45,016 nucleotides of DNA, taken from a virus (taxonomy: Duplodnaviria; Caudoviricetes). Location: the IMG/VR virus record IMGVR_UViG_3300020352_000501, positions 1 through 45,016 of that record. The stretch is one strand, 5' to 3'. The position numbers were made by a program, and so were the translations under genes. Below are positions 37,442-45,016 of the stretch, in pieces. A model generated the notes under the pieces. The model was not told where the DNA came from, made no database searches, and saw nothing but the letters and a program-made list of their open reading frames with translations. Every line of letters starts with the position of its first letter. Position 1 is the first letter of the stretch.

Positions 37442-38673
37442 TATTTAATAATCCTCTTCCAATCTTTGACAAACTGATCTACAATTTCTCGTCTAATAAT
37501 TTTTATTTCTCTAAATTTTTCATTATTGGCATGTTTTTCATCCCAACTAGAAAATTTTGTGTAAGACAATCTTTCTACATCTTCTAACATAGAGAAGGAT
37601 TCGTTTGATATCTTATATCCAAGAGTGTTGTGTATATAGTGTACCGGAGTGTTTTTTGCAATATCTATTGGAAGTGTGCGCCTGTCTTTAACTAGTGGCG
37701 TCCAACCAGATCTGAAACTATCTGTATTTGAGTCGATATATTTTCCATTCCAAATATACCAATCTTCTTTTACTTTTGCAAGATTTCCTGACGCTCTACC
37801 ACTATAACCGTCAAGAGAATTTCCGTCCATACCATCGACATAATGTTTACTTTCCGAATCTACAACTTTAATTAATCCCGAAATAGGTCTATCCGAACAG
37901 TGATAATAAATGTAATCCGGTGCATTGGCTGGAACATCCCAAGTTGTGATTCCATTTCCTAGTCTACTCAAAGACAGCCCATCTCTATATTCATCTTTAT
38001 ATGAGTTAGATTTCCAAGGACCTAGACCACTGGTGGCCAGATAAAATTTTGTGATATTTGAAAACCAAACATTAAAAATTGATTTATGATTTCTATAAAC
38101 GATAATTGTTTTATTCATTACTGGTTTTGGATCACTTTTAGTCGATAACATAGTGGCGGTCGGTAAATGATAATCATTTAATGTTAATGTAAATTCCTGA
38201 TTAAAAACAGATGCCTTAGGCAAACCATTATTCGCAAAGTTCCAAGAACTTGTTCCAGATGCCCACTCATATGTTTTATCTACATTTTCTACATAAATGA
38301 CTTGTCCATCAAAACCTTCTTTTGGAATCTGTTCCAATTGATCAATTCTTTTAAGAGTTTTATATGGCAACACTTCTGGTTTGTATTGTGCGAGTATGGT
38401 TTCCTGTACTGTTGTGTCATTTGCTGGCCATTCCGAATAAACATCTTTAATGTCGTTTGCCATTAGAATTACCCAAGACATTTTCGGGTCGCCATAATAT
38501 TTATATGCAAGACTTTCGGGGCTATCACCACTTACAACTACATAATCAAATACATTCCTATTATTTCTCATATATTTTTTAAGAATATATGCATATGTAA
38601 AAATATTTTTTGCATCAACCGGTCGGCCCGACAAGTCGATATCATATTGTATATTTCGAATATTATCAAACAT
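37441..38673 (-). CDS. gp53: Baseplate wedge subunit gp53 (LysM-like), enlarged
   Basis: Y.V..GDSPE.LAYKYYGD....WVIL.AN.I.D....WP and C-terminal N...R.IKII motif. Follows gp48. Confidence 0.85.
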   Translation of the reverse strand: MFDNIRNIQYDIDLSGRPVDAKNIFTYAYILKKYMRNNRNVFDYVVVSGDSPESLAYKYYGDPKMSWVILMANDIKDVYSEWPANDTTVQETILAQYKPEVLPYKTLKRIDQLEQIPKEGFDGQVIYVENVDKTYEWASGTSSWNFANNGLPKASVFNQEFTLTLNDYHLPTATMLSTKSDPKPVMNKTIIVYRNHKSIFNVWFSNITKFYLATSGLGPWKSNSYKDEYRDGLSLSRLGNGITTWDVPANAPDYIYYHCSDRPISGLIKVVDSESKHYVDGMDGNSLDGYSGRASGNLAKVKEDWYIWNGKYIDSNTDSFRSGWTPLVKDRRTLPIDIAKNTPVHYIHNTLGYKISNESFSMLEDVERLSYTKFSSWDEKHANNEKFREIKIIRREIVDQFVKDWKRIIK

Positions 38674-38676
38674 ATC

Positions 38677-39576
38677 TTAGTACCCCGCAGCTGCGTCTGA
38701 TTTGGTGACAAACTGCACTTCTTGGAATGTTAAATTCATTGCAATAACCGAAGGGGCCCCAGTATTTTTAAATTTACCGAAAGAACCGTTTCCACCATAT
38801 GTCACTTCGCAGTCCGTTAAAACGGATGGTTTTATTTTGTGCATATATTCCGCCTCGACACCGTTTATAAAATATTGTATCTCAAAATAATTTGGCGGTG
38901 TAAAAAAGTTTCCATTACCCCCGATATCGGGCAACATCTGAATTCTAAACCATTTAATTATATCAGCGATATTTGCGCTCTCATCCGCATTGCGCGGCAT
39001 TATATTATATTGATATTGAAATGATCTATATTCTATACCACGAAATATAACATGTCTATTCGCGGCGGCGAGTGACATACCCATCGTTTGTGCGAGAAGA
39101 TCGGCACTATCTCCGCCTTGACCTGCAACCGCACCGAATGCATTTCCGGCTGCATCGGCACTAGTGCCAAGGAGACCCATAAGATCCATCGCCATCGCGT
39201 CGTCTATCGCATTATTCCCAATATTTGTAAGGCCCGCAACCAAACTTCCTGCATTCGTTCCCTCATAGTTGGATTTCGAAGAATTGGTTACTGTTTCTGG
39301 TATGAAAAGTTTGACATTCCCCTGTGGTTGAAACTCGCCCTCGCCCGCCTCCCCAAAAGACCTGCCAGAGGTATAGCCAGGAATACGATTAGAAAATGCC
39401 TTAAAAGAAATAAAATCTAGACCCTCAGAAGAACCGTCTACAGCGTCTGCCGGAAACGCCGCGGCGAAACCCGATAGTGCTGACATATCTCCCCCAACCG
39501 TGCCTTGGCCGGGCGGACCTGCGGCCTGATTAAGATTTGATTGCTTCCATTGAACATTCATTGGTGGTTTTGCCAT
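38677..39576 (-). CDS. gp48: Baseplate tail-tube cap gp48
   Basis: LFIP, F.GI..R.F.Y.Y...PRN..ES..I..II..FR....P, P..F.I.Y, L....V.Y and L.FQE motifs. Confidence 0.85.
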   Translation of the reverse strand: MAKPPMNVQWKQSNLNQAAGPPGQGTVGGDMSALSGFAAAFPADAVDGSSEGLDFISFKAFSNRIPGYTSGRSFGEAGEGEFQPQGNVKLFIPETVTNSSKSNYEGTNAGSLVAGLTNIGNNAIDDAMAMDLMGLLGTSADAAGNAFGAVAGQGGDSADLLAQTMGMSLAAANRHVIFRGIEYRSFQYQYNIMPRNADESANIADIIKWFRIQMLPDIGGNGNFFTPPNYFEIQYFINGVEAEYMHKIKPSVLTDCEVTYGGNGSFGKFKNTGAPSVIAMNLTFQEVQFVTKSDAAAGY

Positions 39577-39594
39577 AAATAGTTCTCCTAAATA
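39574..39594 (+). promoter_or_regulatory. Probable late promoter variants for gp4 (CATAAATA 39574-39581; CCTAAATA 39587-39594)
   Basis: Near-consensus T4-like late elements 35-55 bp upstream of gp4, overlapping the gp48 start. Confidence 0.5.
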
Positions 39595-39602
39595 GTTAAA
39601 TA

Positions 39603-39610
39603 TATTTATA
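39603..39610 (-). promoter_or_regulatory. T4-type late promoter TATAAATA for the gp48 baseplate operon
   Basis: Exact consensus 27 bp upstream of gp48 ATG in the divergent intergenic region. Confidence 0.78.
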
Positions 39611-39629
39611 AAGGTTTTTATTAGTTAAA

Positions 39630-40070
39630 ATGCCAAGGTTCACATATAAAGGAAAATATAAACCGACCCACGCCGCAAAATATGTTGGAAATGTAAAAAA
39701 TATCGTTTACCGCTCCATGTGGGAAAGGCGATTTATGAAATATTGCGATGAGAATCCTGATGTCCTTAGTTGGTCGAGCGAAGAGTTAGTTATTCCCTAT
39801 TTATCACCAATTGACAGAAAATTACACAGATATTTTCCAGATTTTTTAATAAAAGTAAAAAGAGGAGAAAAAACACAAACAATAGTTATAGAAGTTAAAC
39901 CAAAAAAAGAAACAAAACCGCCAAAGAAAAAGAAAAATATTACTCCCAGATATCTAACTGAAATGAAAACTTATAGCGTAAATGCGGCAAAGTGGAAGGC
40001 CGCAGAAGCATACTGTTTAGATAGACGCTGGGAATTTAAAATAATAACAGAGGATCATGTAGGAAGATAA
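39630..40070 (+). CDS. gp4: Head completion nuclease gp4 (TnsA-like PD-(D/E)XK fold)
   Basis: YKGKY.P....KY.G....IVYRS.WE..FM..CD, WSSEE..IPY, HRYFPDF, IEVKP..ET, N.AKW.AA and F.I.TE. Confidence 0.92.
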   Translation: MPRFTYKGKYKPTHAAKYVGNVKNIVYRSMWERRFMKYCDENPDVLSWSSEELVIPYLSPIDRKLHRYFPDFLIKVKRGEKTQTIVIEVKPKKETKPPKKKKNITPRYLTEMKTYSVNAAKWKAAEAYCLDRRWEFKIITEDHVGR

Positions 40071-40645
40071 TGTCAGACTTTACCCCATTACTCAAAAGGC
40101 TAGAAGCCCGTGGAATACGCGCAAATACCAACGCTGCCAGAAATTGGTTTCGTACCAAGATAGGCGAAACTCAAATATCAAGAAAATCTCTATTGTCAGA
40201 TTCAAATAGAAAATTCGGCGGCCTTGAATTAGGTGCAATGTATTGTTATTCATACGATCCTAAGTGGAAACTTAAATTAAAATACTATGATGAATTTCCA
40301 CTAATTTTTGTCATAGAAAAACTTAGTGACGGATTTGTTGGAATCAATCTACATTATGTCGCACCGCAAAGACGACTGTTCATTATGGAGGCTCTATCAA
40401 GAGTTGTATCAGACAAGAGATATGACAAACAAACAAAATTGAAAATTTCTTACAACATATTAAAAAGTTTGTCTAAATATAACATAATCAAACCCTGTTT
40501 AAAACGATATCTATATACAAAAGTTAAAGGAAACTTCGTAAAGATAGATGCAAATGAATGGGACATTGCGGTATTCTTGCCGGTACAAAAATTTAAAAAG
40601 GCACCCGCCGCCAAAGTTTGGGCAGAAAGTGCAAGGAGTCGTTAA
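40070..40645 (+). CDS. gp2: DNA end protector protein gp2
   Basis: G.MY.Y.YDPK.K..L.YYD.FPL, F.GINLHY, PC.KRYL, W.....LP..KF and VW..S. Confidence 0.92.
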   Translation: MSDFTPLLKRLEARGIRANTNAARNWFRTKIGETQISRKSLLSDSNRKFGGLELGAMYCYSYDPKWKLKLKYYDEFPLIFVIEKLSDGFVGINLHYVAPQRRLFIMEALSRVVSDKRYDKQTKLKISYNILKSLSKYNIIKPCLKRYLYTKVKGNFVKIDANEWDIAVFLPVQKFKKAPAAKVWAESARSR

Positions 40646-40648
40646 TAA

Positions 40649-41497
40649 ATGTCTTTCAATCCATCCATATCAGATTTCGTTTCCCAAATAAGCAAAAAGG
40701 GGCTGTTGCACGCCAACAGATATATACTATCCATAGATGCACCTGAGGCCGTGGCAATCGATGCTGGAGGCGGCAACGAAGATATGCAATATAGAGTTGC
40801 AGATTTTACATTGCCTGGGAAATCAGTTTCTACTGTTGAAACTAAAATATATGGTCCAGTTAGACAAGCACCATATGCAATGACGTATGATCAAGCAACA
40901 TTCAGTCTATTATTGAGTGAAGGCCTTTGGGAAAGAGAATATTTCGAAAGGTGGATGAATCTAATTGTAGATTATGAATCGCATAAAGTTGAATATGCAA
41001 ATAATTATCTGGGTAAAATGACTCTATCTGTCTACAACGCGGCCGGGACTTTGACACAGGCATACAATTTTGTCGATGCGTTTCCACTCTCATTGGGTGA
41101 TGTTGCGTTTGCATATTCAAACGAAGAACCGGCAACATGTCAAATCACAATATCATATCTAAAATATATTTCTAGCATGACACACGAAAACGCTGCTCGA
41201 AGCTCGTCAGATGTTGCCGATTTGGCGCAATCGGAATTTACAAATCCAGACACACCGGCTGCATTAAATGCTAGGTTCCAAGGGGCCAAGAAAGCCTCAG
41301 ACAGGGCCGTGAAAAAACTAGAAGATGCGGTCGGAAACCCAAGAAAATTTGCCGAAGCGGGCATTCGCGACCGATTTGGTCGTAGTATCGAACAGGCCAC
41401 AGATGCGCGTGTGAAAAATGCAATAAATAGAGCGGGAGAAGCAAAGGAAAGAGCCCGTTCGTTTGGTCGTTCGTTTGGAAACCCTTTCGGCTTTTAA
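40649..41497 (+). CDS. Tail-tube initiator gp54-like (gp19 tail-tube family)
   Basis: GL...NRY, LPG.S..T......GP....PY...Y, R.YFE.W...I, Y...Y and ..FP..LG.....Y motifs. Lies between gp2 and gp26. Confidence 0.75.
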   Translation: MSFNPSISDFVSQISKKGLLHANRYILSIDAPEAVAIDAGGGNEDMQYRVADFTLPGKSVSTVETKIYGPVRQAPYAMTYDQATFSLLLSEGLWEREYFERWMNLIVDYESHKVEYANNYLGKMTLSVYNAAGTLTQAYNFVDAFPLSLGDVAFAYSNEEPATCQITISYLKYISSMTHENAARSSSDVADLAQSEFTNPDTPAALNARFQGAKKASDRAVKKLEDAVGNPRKFAEAGIRDRFGRSIEQATDARVKNAINRAGEAKERARSFGRSFGNPFGF

Positions 41498-41523
41498 TTT
41501 TGAATAATTTATGAGGAAAAATT

Positions 41524-42249
41524 ATGTTACCAAGGATTGATACACCAACGTATGAAATTACATTACCATCTACAGGTAAAAAAACAAGATTTAGACCATT
41601 TTTAGTAAAAGAAGAAAAAATTCTTCTAATGGCGCAGCAAGGAGAAGAATTAGACGAAAAAATAAATGCAATCAAACAAATTATCAGAAATTGTTTAATT
41701 GAAGATATTGATATAGACACACTGGCAACATTCGATATCGAATATTTGTTCGTCAACTTGAGATCGAAATCGGTAGGAAATATTATCAACTTAACATATA
41801 AAAGAAAAGAGTGTCCAAACAAAGACGATGGCGCAGGGGATTGTGACTTGCCTTTTACGATGGATCTGGAAAATGTTAAAGTGGAAGAAACTGGTCAGGA
41901 TCATAGTACCAATGTTCAAATAACCGATAGAATTTCTATTGTAATGAAATATCCAGATTTTAATGTACTGAATAAAATTCTATTATCTGAAAATTATGAT
42001 GATATCGTAGAAGTTATCGCAACATGTATTGAATATATAACCGAAGATAATGAGGTACTAAATGCGAGCGACTACAGTATAGAAGAGATTATAGAATTTA
42101 TCGAAAACTTGACACAAACCCAATTCGCATCAATAAATGATTTTTTTGAAACTATGCCAGAAACAAACTGTGCAGTTAATATACGATGTAGACAATGCGA
42201 TTTTAAAAAAGAAATGAAAGTGAGTGGTGTGGCTGATTTTTTTTCCTAA
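41524..42249 (+). CDS. gp26: Baseplate hub assembly protein gp26
   Basis: LP.I.TP.Y...LPSTG....FRPFLVKEEK.LL.A, L..FDIEY.F..LR.KSVG, MKYP, I..FF.TMP, C..C and G..DFF end. Confidence 0.92.
   Translation: MLPRIDTPTYEITLPSTGKKTRFRPFLVKEEKILLMAQQGEELDEKINAIKQIIRNCLIEDIDIDTLATFDIEYLFVNLRSKSVGNIINLTYKRKECPNKDDGAGDCDLPFTMDLENVKVEETGQDHSTNVQITDRISIVMKYPDFNVLNKILLSENYDDIVEVIATCIEYITEDNEVLNASDYSIEEIIEFIENLTQTQFASINDFFETMPETNCAVNIRCRQCDFKKEMKVSGVADFFS
42237..42244 (+). promoter_or_regulatory. Candidate -1 programmed ribosomal frameshift site (T TTT TTT T)
   Basis: Eight-T run phased as X XXY YYZ in the gp26 frame, one codon before its stop. The -1 frame is gp51. Confidence 0.65.
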
Positions 42250-42425
42250 CTTTAAATCATGAATCCCTAGTTAGTTTGTATAGGAACAATTTCGCACTAA
42301 TGCAACACCATAAATATAGTTTAAGTGAGTTGGAAAATATGATTCCGTGGGAACGGGAAGTCTATTTAAATTTATTGGTTAATTATATAAAAGAAGAAGA
42401 AAAAAGACGAGCAAAAAATCAATAA
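42237..42425 (+). CDS. gp51: Baseplate hub assembly protein gp51-like (not in ORF track; start uncertain, probably reached by frameshift)
   Basis: Stop-to-stop frame reads FFFLTLNHESLVSLYRNNFALMQHHKYSLSELENMIPWEREVYLNLLVNYIKEEEKRRAKNQ*. NFALMQHHKYSL.E.ENMIPWER.VY is the short gp51 signature. In-frame TTG at 42276 and ATG at 42300. Confidence 0.85.
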   Translation, partial: FFFLTLNHESLVSLYRNNFALMQHHKYSLSELENMIPWEREVYLNLLVNYIKEEEKRRAKNQ

Positions 42426-42437
42426 AGGACCATAAAA

Positions 42438-42782
42438 ATGGCACCAAAAAATTTAGAAGAAGATAGCAAGTATGCATACCTCGACAAAGACGGGGATGGA
42501 ACAGTCAGTGATAAGGAAATGGCAATGGAAAGACAGATGATTGAATTAGAAGATCTACGCAGTGATATGGAAAATGAAGATAAGAAACAAGACGCACAAA
42601 GGGCGATGGCTTGGTTTGCATTGTTTGGAATGCTCTTATATCCGTTCGCAGTCGTAATTGCAGTGCTTATTGGGTTAGACAAGGCCGCCAGTATTCTTGG
42701 AGATATGGCACCAACATATTTCGTATCAGTCGCGGCAATCGTTGCTGCGTTCTACGCAAAAGAAGTAATGGTAAAAAAATAA
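42438..42782 (+). CDS. Small membrane protein with EF-hand loop and two predicted transmembrane helices
   Basis: SD AAGGA. DKDGDGTVSDKE loop, then hydrophobic segments MAWFALFGMLLYPFAVVIAVLIGL and YFVSVAAIVAAFYA. Confidence 0.8.
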   Translation: MAPKNLEEDSKYAYLDKDGDGTVSDKEMAMERQMIELEDLRSDMENEDKKQDAQRAMAWFALFGMLLYPFAVVIAVLIGLDKAASILGDMAPTYFVSVAAIVAAFYAKEVMVKK

Positions 42783-45016
42783 ATGGCAGATCTCGAATCA
42801 GTAACCGCAACACTACAAAGACAAAATGAAGAGGCGTTCGCGGCATCGCTAGAAAACGCAAGCGAAGTGTTGCAATCATCTGGAGCGAGGACTGCATTTG
42901 AAGAATTAACAAATATCATCGAAAGTCAAGAAGAAAAAACTGTTGATGAATATAAGAAAACCCAACAACGGGTCGCGGCACTACAAAAGTCTATCAAAAA
43001 TCTCGAAGGATTGTCAAGAGCAGAAAGCGCAGCACTTACCCAAACCATGAAAGACGCGCAAAATAGTCTTAATCAAAATGCAAACTTTAAGGCGACTGTT
43101 GGAAATGTAGTGAAGGATAGTGCTAAAGGTGCCGCGGCGGGTTTGGGAAATCTGGTAAGTGGTGCCTTATCGCAAAGTCCGATTCTTGCATTTGGGGCAG
43201 GTTTTATAAGCGAAAGAGTTTCACAATTCAAAGAACGTAAGGCGGCGCAAAAGGCCGAAGACGAGGAACGAAACGACAGACTTGCTGCCGAAGAACAAAA
43301 AGAACAAAAAGAAATGGGTCTTTTGCGCGAAACCATTTCGAATGAAGATGCAGTGCGGGCCTCAAATAAAAATATGGAACAAATCCAACGGGATGCCGCT
43401 ATGCAGGGGGTGTCTGAACAAGAATTAATAGATCAGGAAAAAGACCGAATTATCAGAAGGGCCCAGGCAGATAAAGACGCTGCAGACAAAGAAGAGGCCG
43501 CCCGTAAAAATTTAGAAAAAATTGCCGAGAGATATGGAATATCTGTATCTGGCGAAGAAAATATGGCACCTAGTCCTGCACCCCAAAATAATATATCAAC
43601 AGAATCTAATCAAGATATACCAACCACTTCTGAAGAATCTGAAACTTCTGGCGAACAACCTGCCAGAAGAGGTCGTGGTCCAGATTTGGAACCAAGGGCG
43701 AGACGTGATACCGGCGGAAATGAAAACATTTCAACGCAAACAGAAAGCTCGGCCGACACAGTACAACCACAAGGCGATATTGCATCAGAACCCACAGTAT
43801 CCCAACTCACCGACACACAACTAGAATTTCAACCTTTCCTCGAAAAAATTTATGATGAAATGGTGTGGCAAAGAGAAAATGCAGACAATCCCAATTCTTT
43901 AGAAATTGAAGAAGCAAGAGAATTACGCCGAGAAAGAAAAAAGAGACTTGATATCGAAAGGGCCCAACTTAAAGCCATGCAAGAAAATGGTGGCATCGAC
44001 GGCAGCGGTGCGGGCGGTGGCGGTAATGAAGGTGGAATACTAGATACTCTTGGAGATATGGGGGGTTTGGTAGGCCTTGCAGGCGGTGGTGCCGGACTTC
44101 TAGGAATGTTTGGATTGGGAAAAAATGGATTCTTAACAAAAGGATTAAAAGGTGTCACTGGTAAATTTGGTAAGTTCGGTGGAAAGATTGGAAAATTAGG
44201 TGCAGTAGTCGCAGGGGCCGGTGCTGCCATTGGTGGATTGTCAACTCTTTTCCCAGATTTTAAATTCCCCAAATTTAATACACCAGATGTCGATATCAAT
44301 GTCAATGAAATGGATGATCCCGATAGAATCGCTCGCAATACTCAAAACAATATAGATGCGCCGAAAGGTACTGATGCAGGGAAGTTACAAATACAAGAAA
44401 ATGTAAGACTTGAAAAAGAACGTGTTGAAAAACTGAAAATGGAGCAGGCAGAAGGTGAGGCGCGAAAAGCGGCCGCAGATAAAAAATTAAATAAGGCAAA
44501 AAATGCAGCGCGAGAAGCAGAGGCGGATGCAGTAAGGAAGGCCAAAGCTAAGAGATTGGCACTAGACCAAGAAAAACTCACTTCTCAAATGCAGGCAGAT
44601 GCAGATGCAGAACTCAAAAGAGTTGAGGCAGAAGCAGAAAAGAAAAGAGTGGCCGCTGATGCAGAGTCTCAAAAGATTCGAGATGCGGAAGCTGCCGAGG
44701 CGGAAAGAAAACAACTTCAAGCAGAAGCAGATGCTGAGAAAAAACGCATCGAGTTAGAAAATGCTGAGAAAAAACGTATTGAATTGGAAACGAAAAAAGA
44801 AGTCGAAAGATTCAACAAAAAGAATAATGTTATAGATTTTCCAGATGCAAAACCTATAAGTGTGCCGCCGCCTGATAATGCAAACATAAGACCAAACACA
44901 AACCCGCCCGTGAAGAAACCGCCGGCGGTTGGTGTGCCCAGAGGCAGAACCACAGGTGGTGGACTTGCCGCGGCGAAGGATATGATAGGGGCCAAAACTG
45001 CTGGTGCTGTTGCGGC
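42783..45016 (+). CDS. Tape-measure-like (gp29-like) protein, 3' truncated (>744 aa)
   Basis: Not in ORF track. ATG 42783 directly follows TAA 42780-42782, and the frame is open to the window end (MADLESVTATLQRQNEEAFAASLE...). Helical A/E/K/Q-rich stretches and Gly/Leu amphipathic segments. Position after gp26/gp51 supports the call, which is inferred. Confidence 0.65.
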   Translation, partial: MADLESVTATLQRQNEEAFAASLENASEVLQSSGARTAFEELTNIIESQEEKTVDEYKKTQQRVAALQKSIKNLEGLSRAESAALTQTMKDAQNSLNQNANFKATVGNVVKDSAKGAAAGLGNLVSGALSQSPILAFGAGFISERVSQFKERKAAQKAEDEERNDRLAAEEQKEQKEMGLLRETISNEDAVRASNKNMEQIQRDAAMQGVSEQELIDQEKDRIIRRAQADKDAADKEEAARKNLEKIAERYGISVSGEENMAPSPAPQNNISTESNQDIPTTSEESETSGEQPARRGRGPDLEPRARRDTGGNENISTQTESSADTVQPQGDIASEPTVSQLTDTQLEFQPFLEKIYDEMVWQRENADNPNSLEIEEARELRRERKKRLDIERAQLKAMQENGGIDGSGAGGGGNEGGILDTLGDMGGLVGLAGGGAGLLGMFGLGKNGFLTKGLKGVTGKFGKFGGKIGKLGAVVAGAGAAIGGLSTLFPDFKFPKFNTPDVDINVNEMDDPDRIARNTQNNIDAPKGTDAGKLQIQENVRLEKERVEKLKMEQAEGEARKAAADKKLNKAKNAAREAEADAVRKAKAKRLALDQEKLTSQMQADADAELKRVEAEAEKKRVAADAESQKIRDAEAAEAERKQLQAEADAEKKRIELENAEKKRIELETKKEVERFNKKNNVIDFPDAKPISVPPPDNANIRPNTNPPVKKPPAVGVPRGRTTGGGLAAAKDMIGAKTAGAVA
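44731..44790 (+). repeat. 2 x 30-bp imperfect tandem repeat (AEKKRIELE)
   Basis: atgctgagaaaaaacgcatcgagttagaaa / atgctgagaaaaaacgtattgaattggaaa. Confidence 0.9.

Noticed and set aside
39630-40070. TnsA-like nuclease as a sign of a Tn7 element or homing endonuclease
   Set aside because: Sequence and context (next to gp2, divergent from gp48) fit core T4-like gp4. No other transposon genes or ends are present.
41271-41822. 183-aa minus-strand ORF
   Set aside because: Antisense to gp54-like and gp26, with no independent signal.
43073-44995. Several minus-strand ORFs and 43522..43824 +
   Set aside because: Shadows of the single open frame starting at 42783.
1-45016. tRNAs, introns, inteins, or stop-codon reassignment
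   Set aside because: Intergenic gaps are too small or AT-rich for RNA genes, no intein or homing-endonuclease motifs were recognised, and genes are full length under the standard code with TAA, TAG and TGA all used as stops.

Overview
The whole window is the virion-morphogenesis region of a large T4-like (T-even superfamily) myovirus, with a gene complement and order resembling marine T4-like phages. It is AT-rich, densely coding and uses the standard code. From about 39.6 kb leftwards, a minus-strand block encodes gp48, gp53, a hub protein, gp5, gp25, gp6, gp7, gp8, a VrlC/DUF4815-like 2314-aa protein, a small coiled-coil protein, a fibritin-like fibre, a 1461-aa glycine-rich adhesin-like protein, and three tandem paralogues of unknown family (673, 1422 and >1413 aa; the last is missing from the ORF track because it runs off the window). 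Divergently, on the plus strand, lie gp4, gp2, a gp54/gp19-like protein, gp26, gp51, an EF-hand membrane protein and a truncated tape-measure-like gene. T4 late promoters (TATAAATA) precede several genes. The strongest observations are: (1) a three-gene paralogous array whose conserved core is split into blocks by large, different inserts; (2) a clear candidate -1 ribosomal frameshift joining gp26 to gp51 just upstream of the tape-measure-like gene, like lambda G/GT; (3) a gp5 with two different peptidoglycan hydrolases, one nested inside a carbohydrate-binding-like module; (4) a fibre plus adhesin pair with nested glycine-rich domains, a 17-proline linker and a Cys-led C-terminal domain. All family assignments come from motif recognition and gene order, not database searches.
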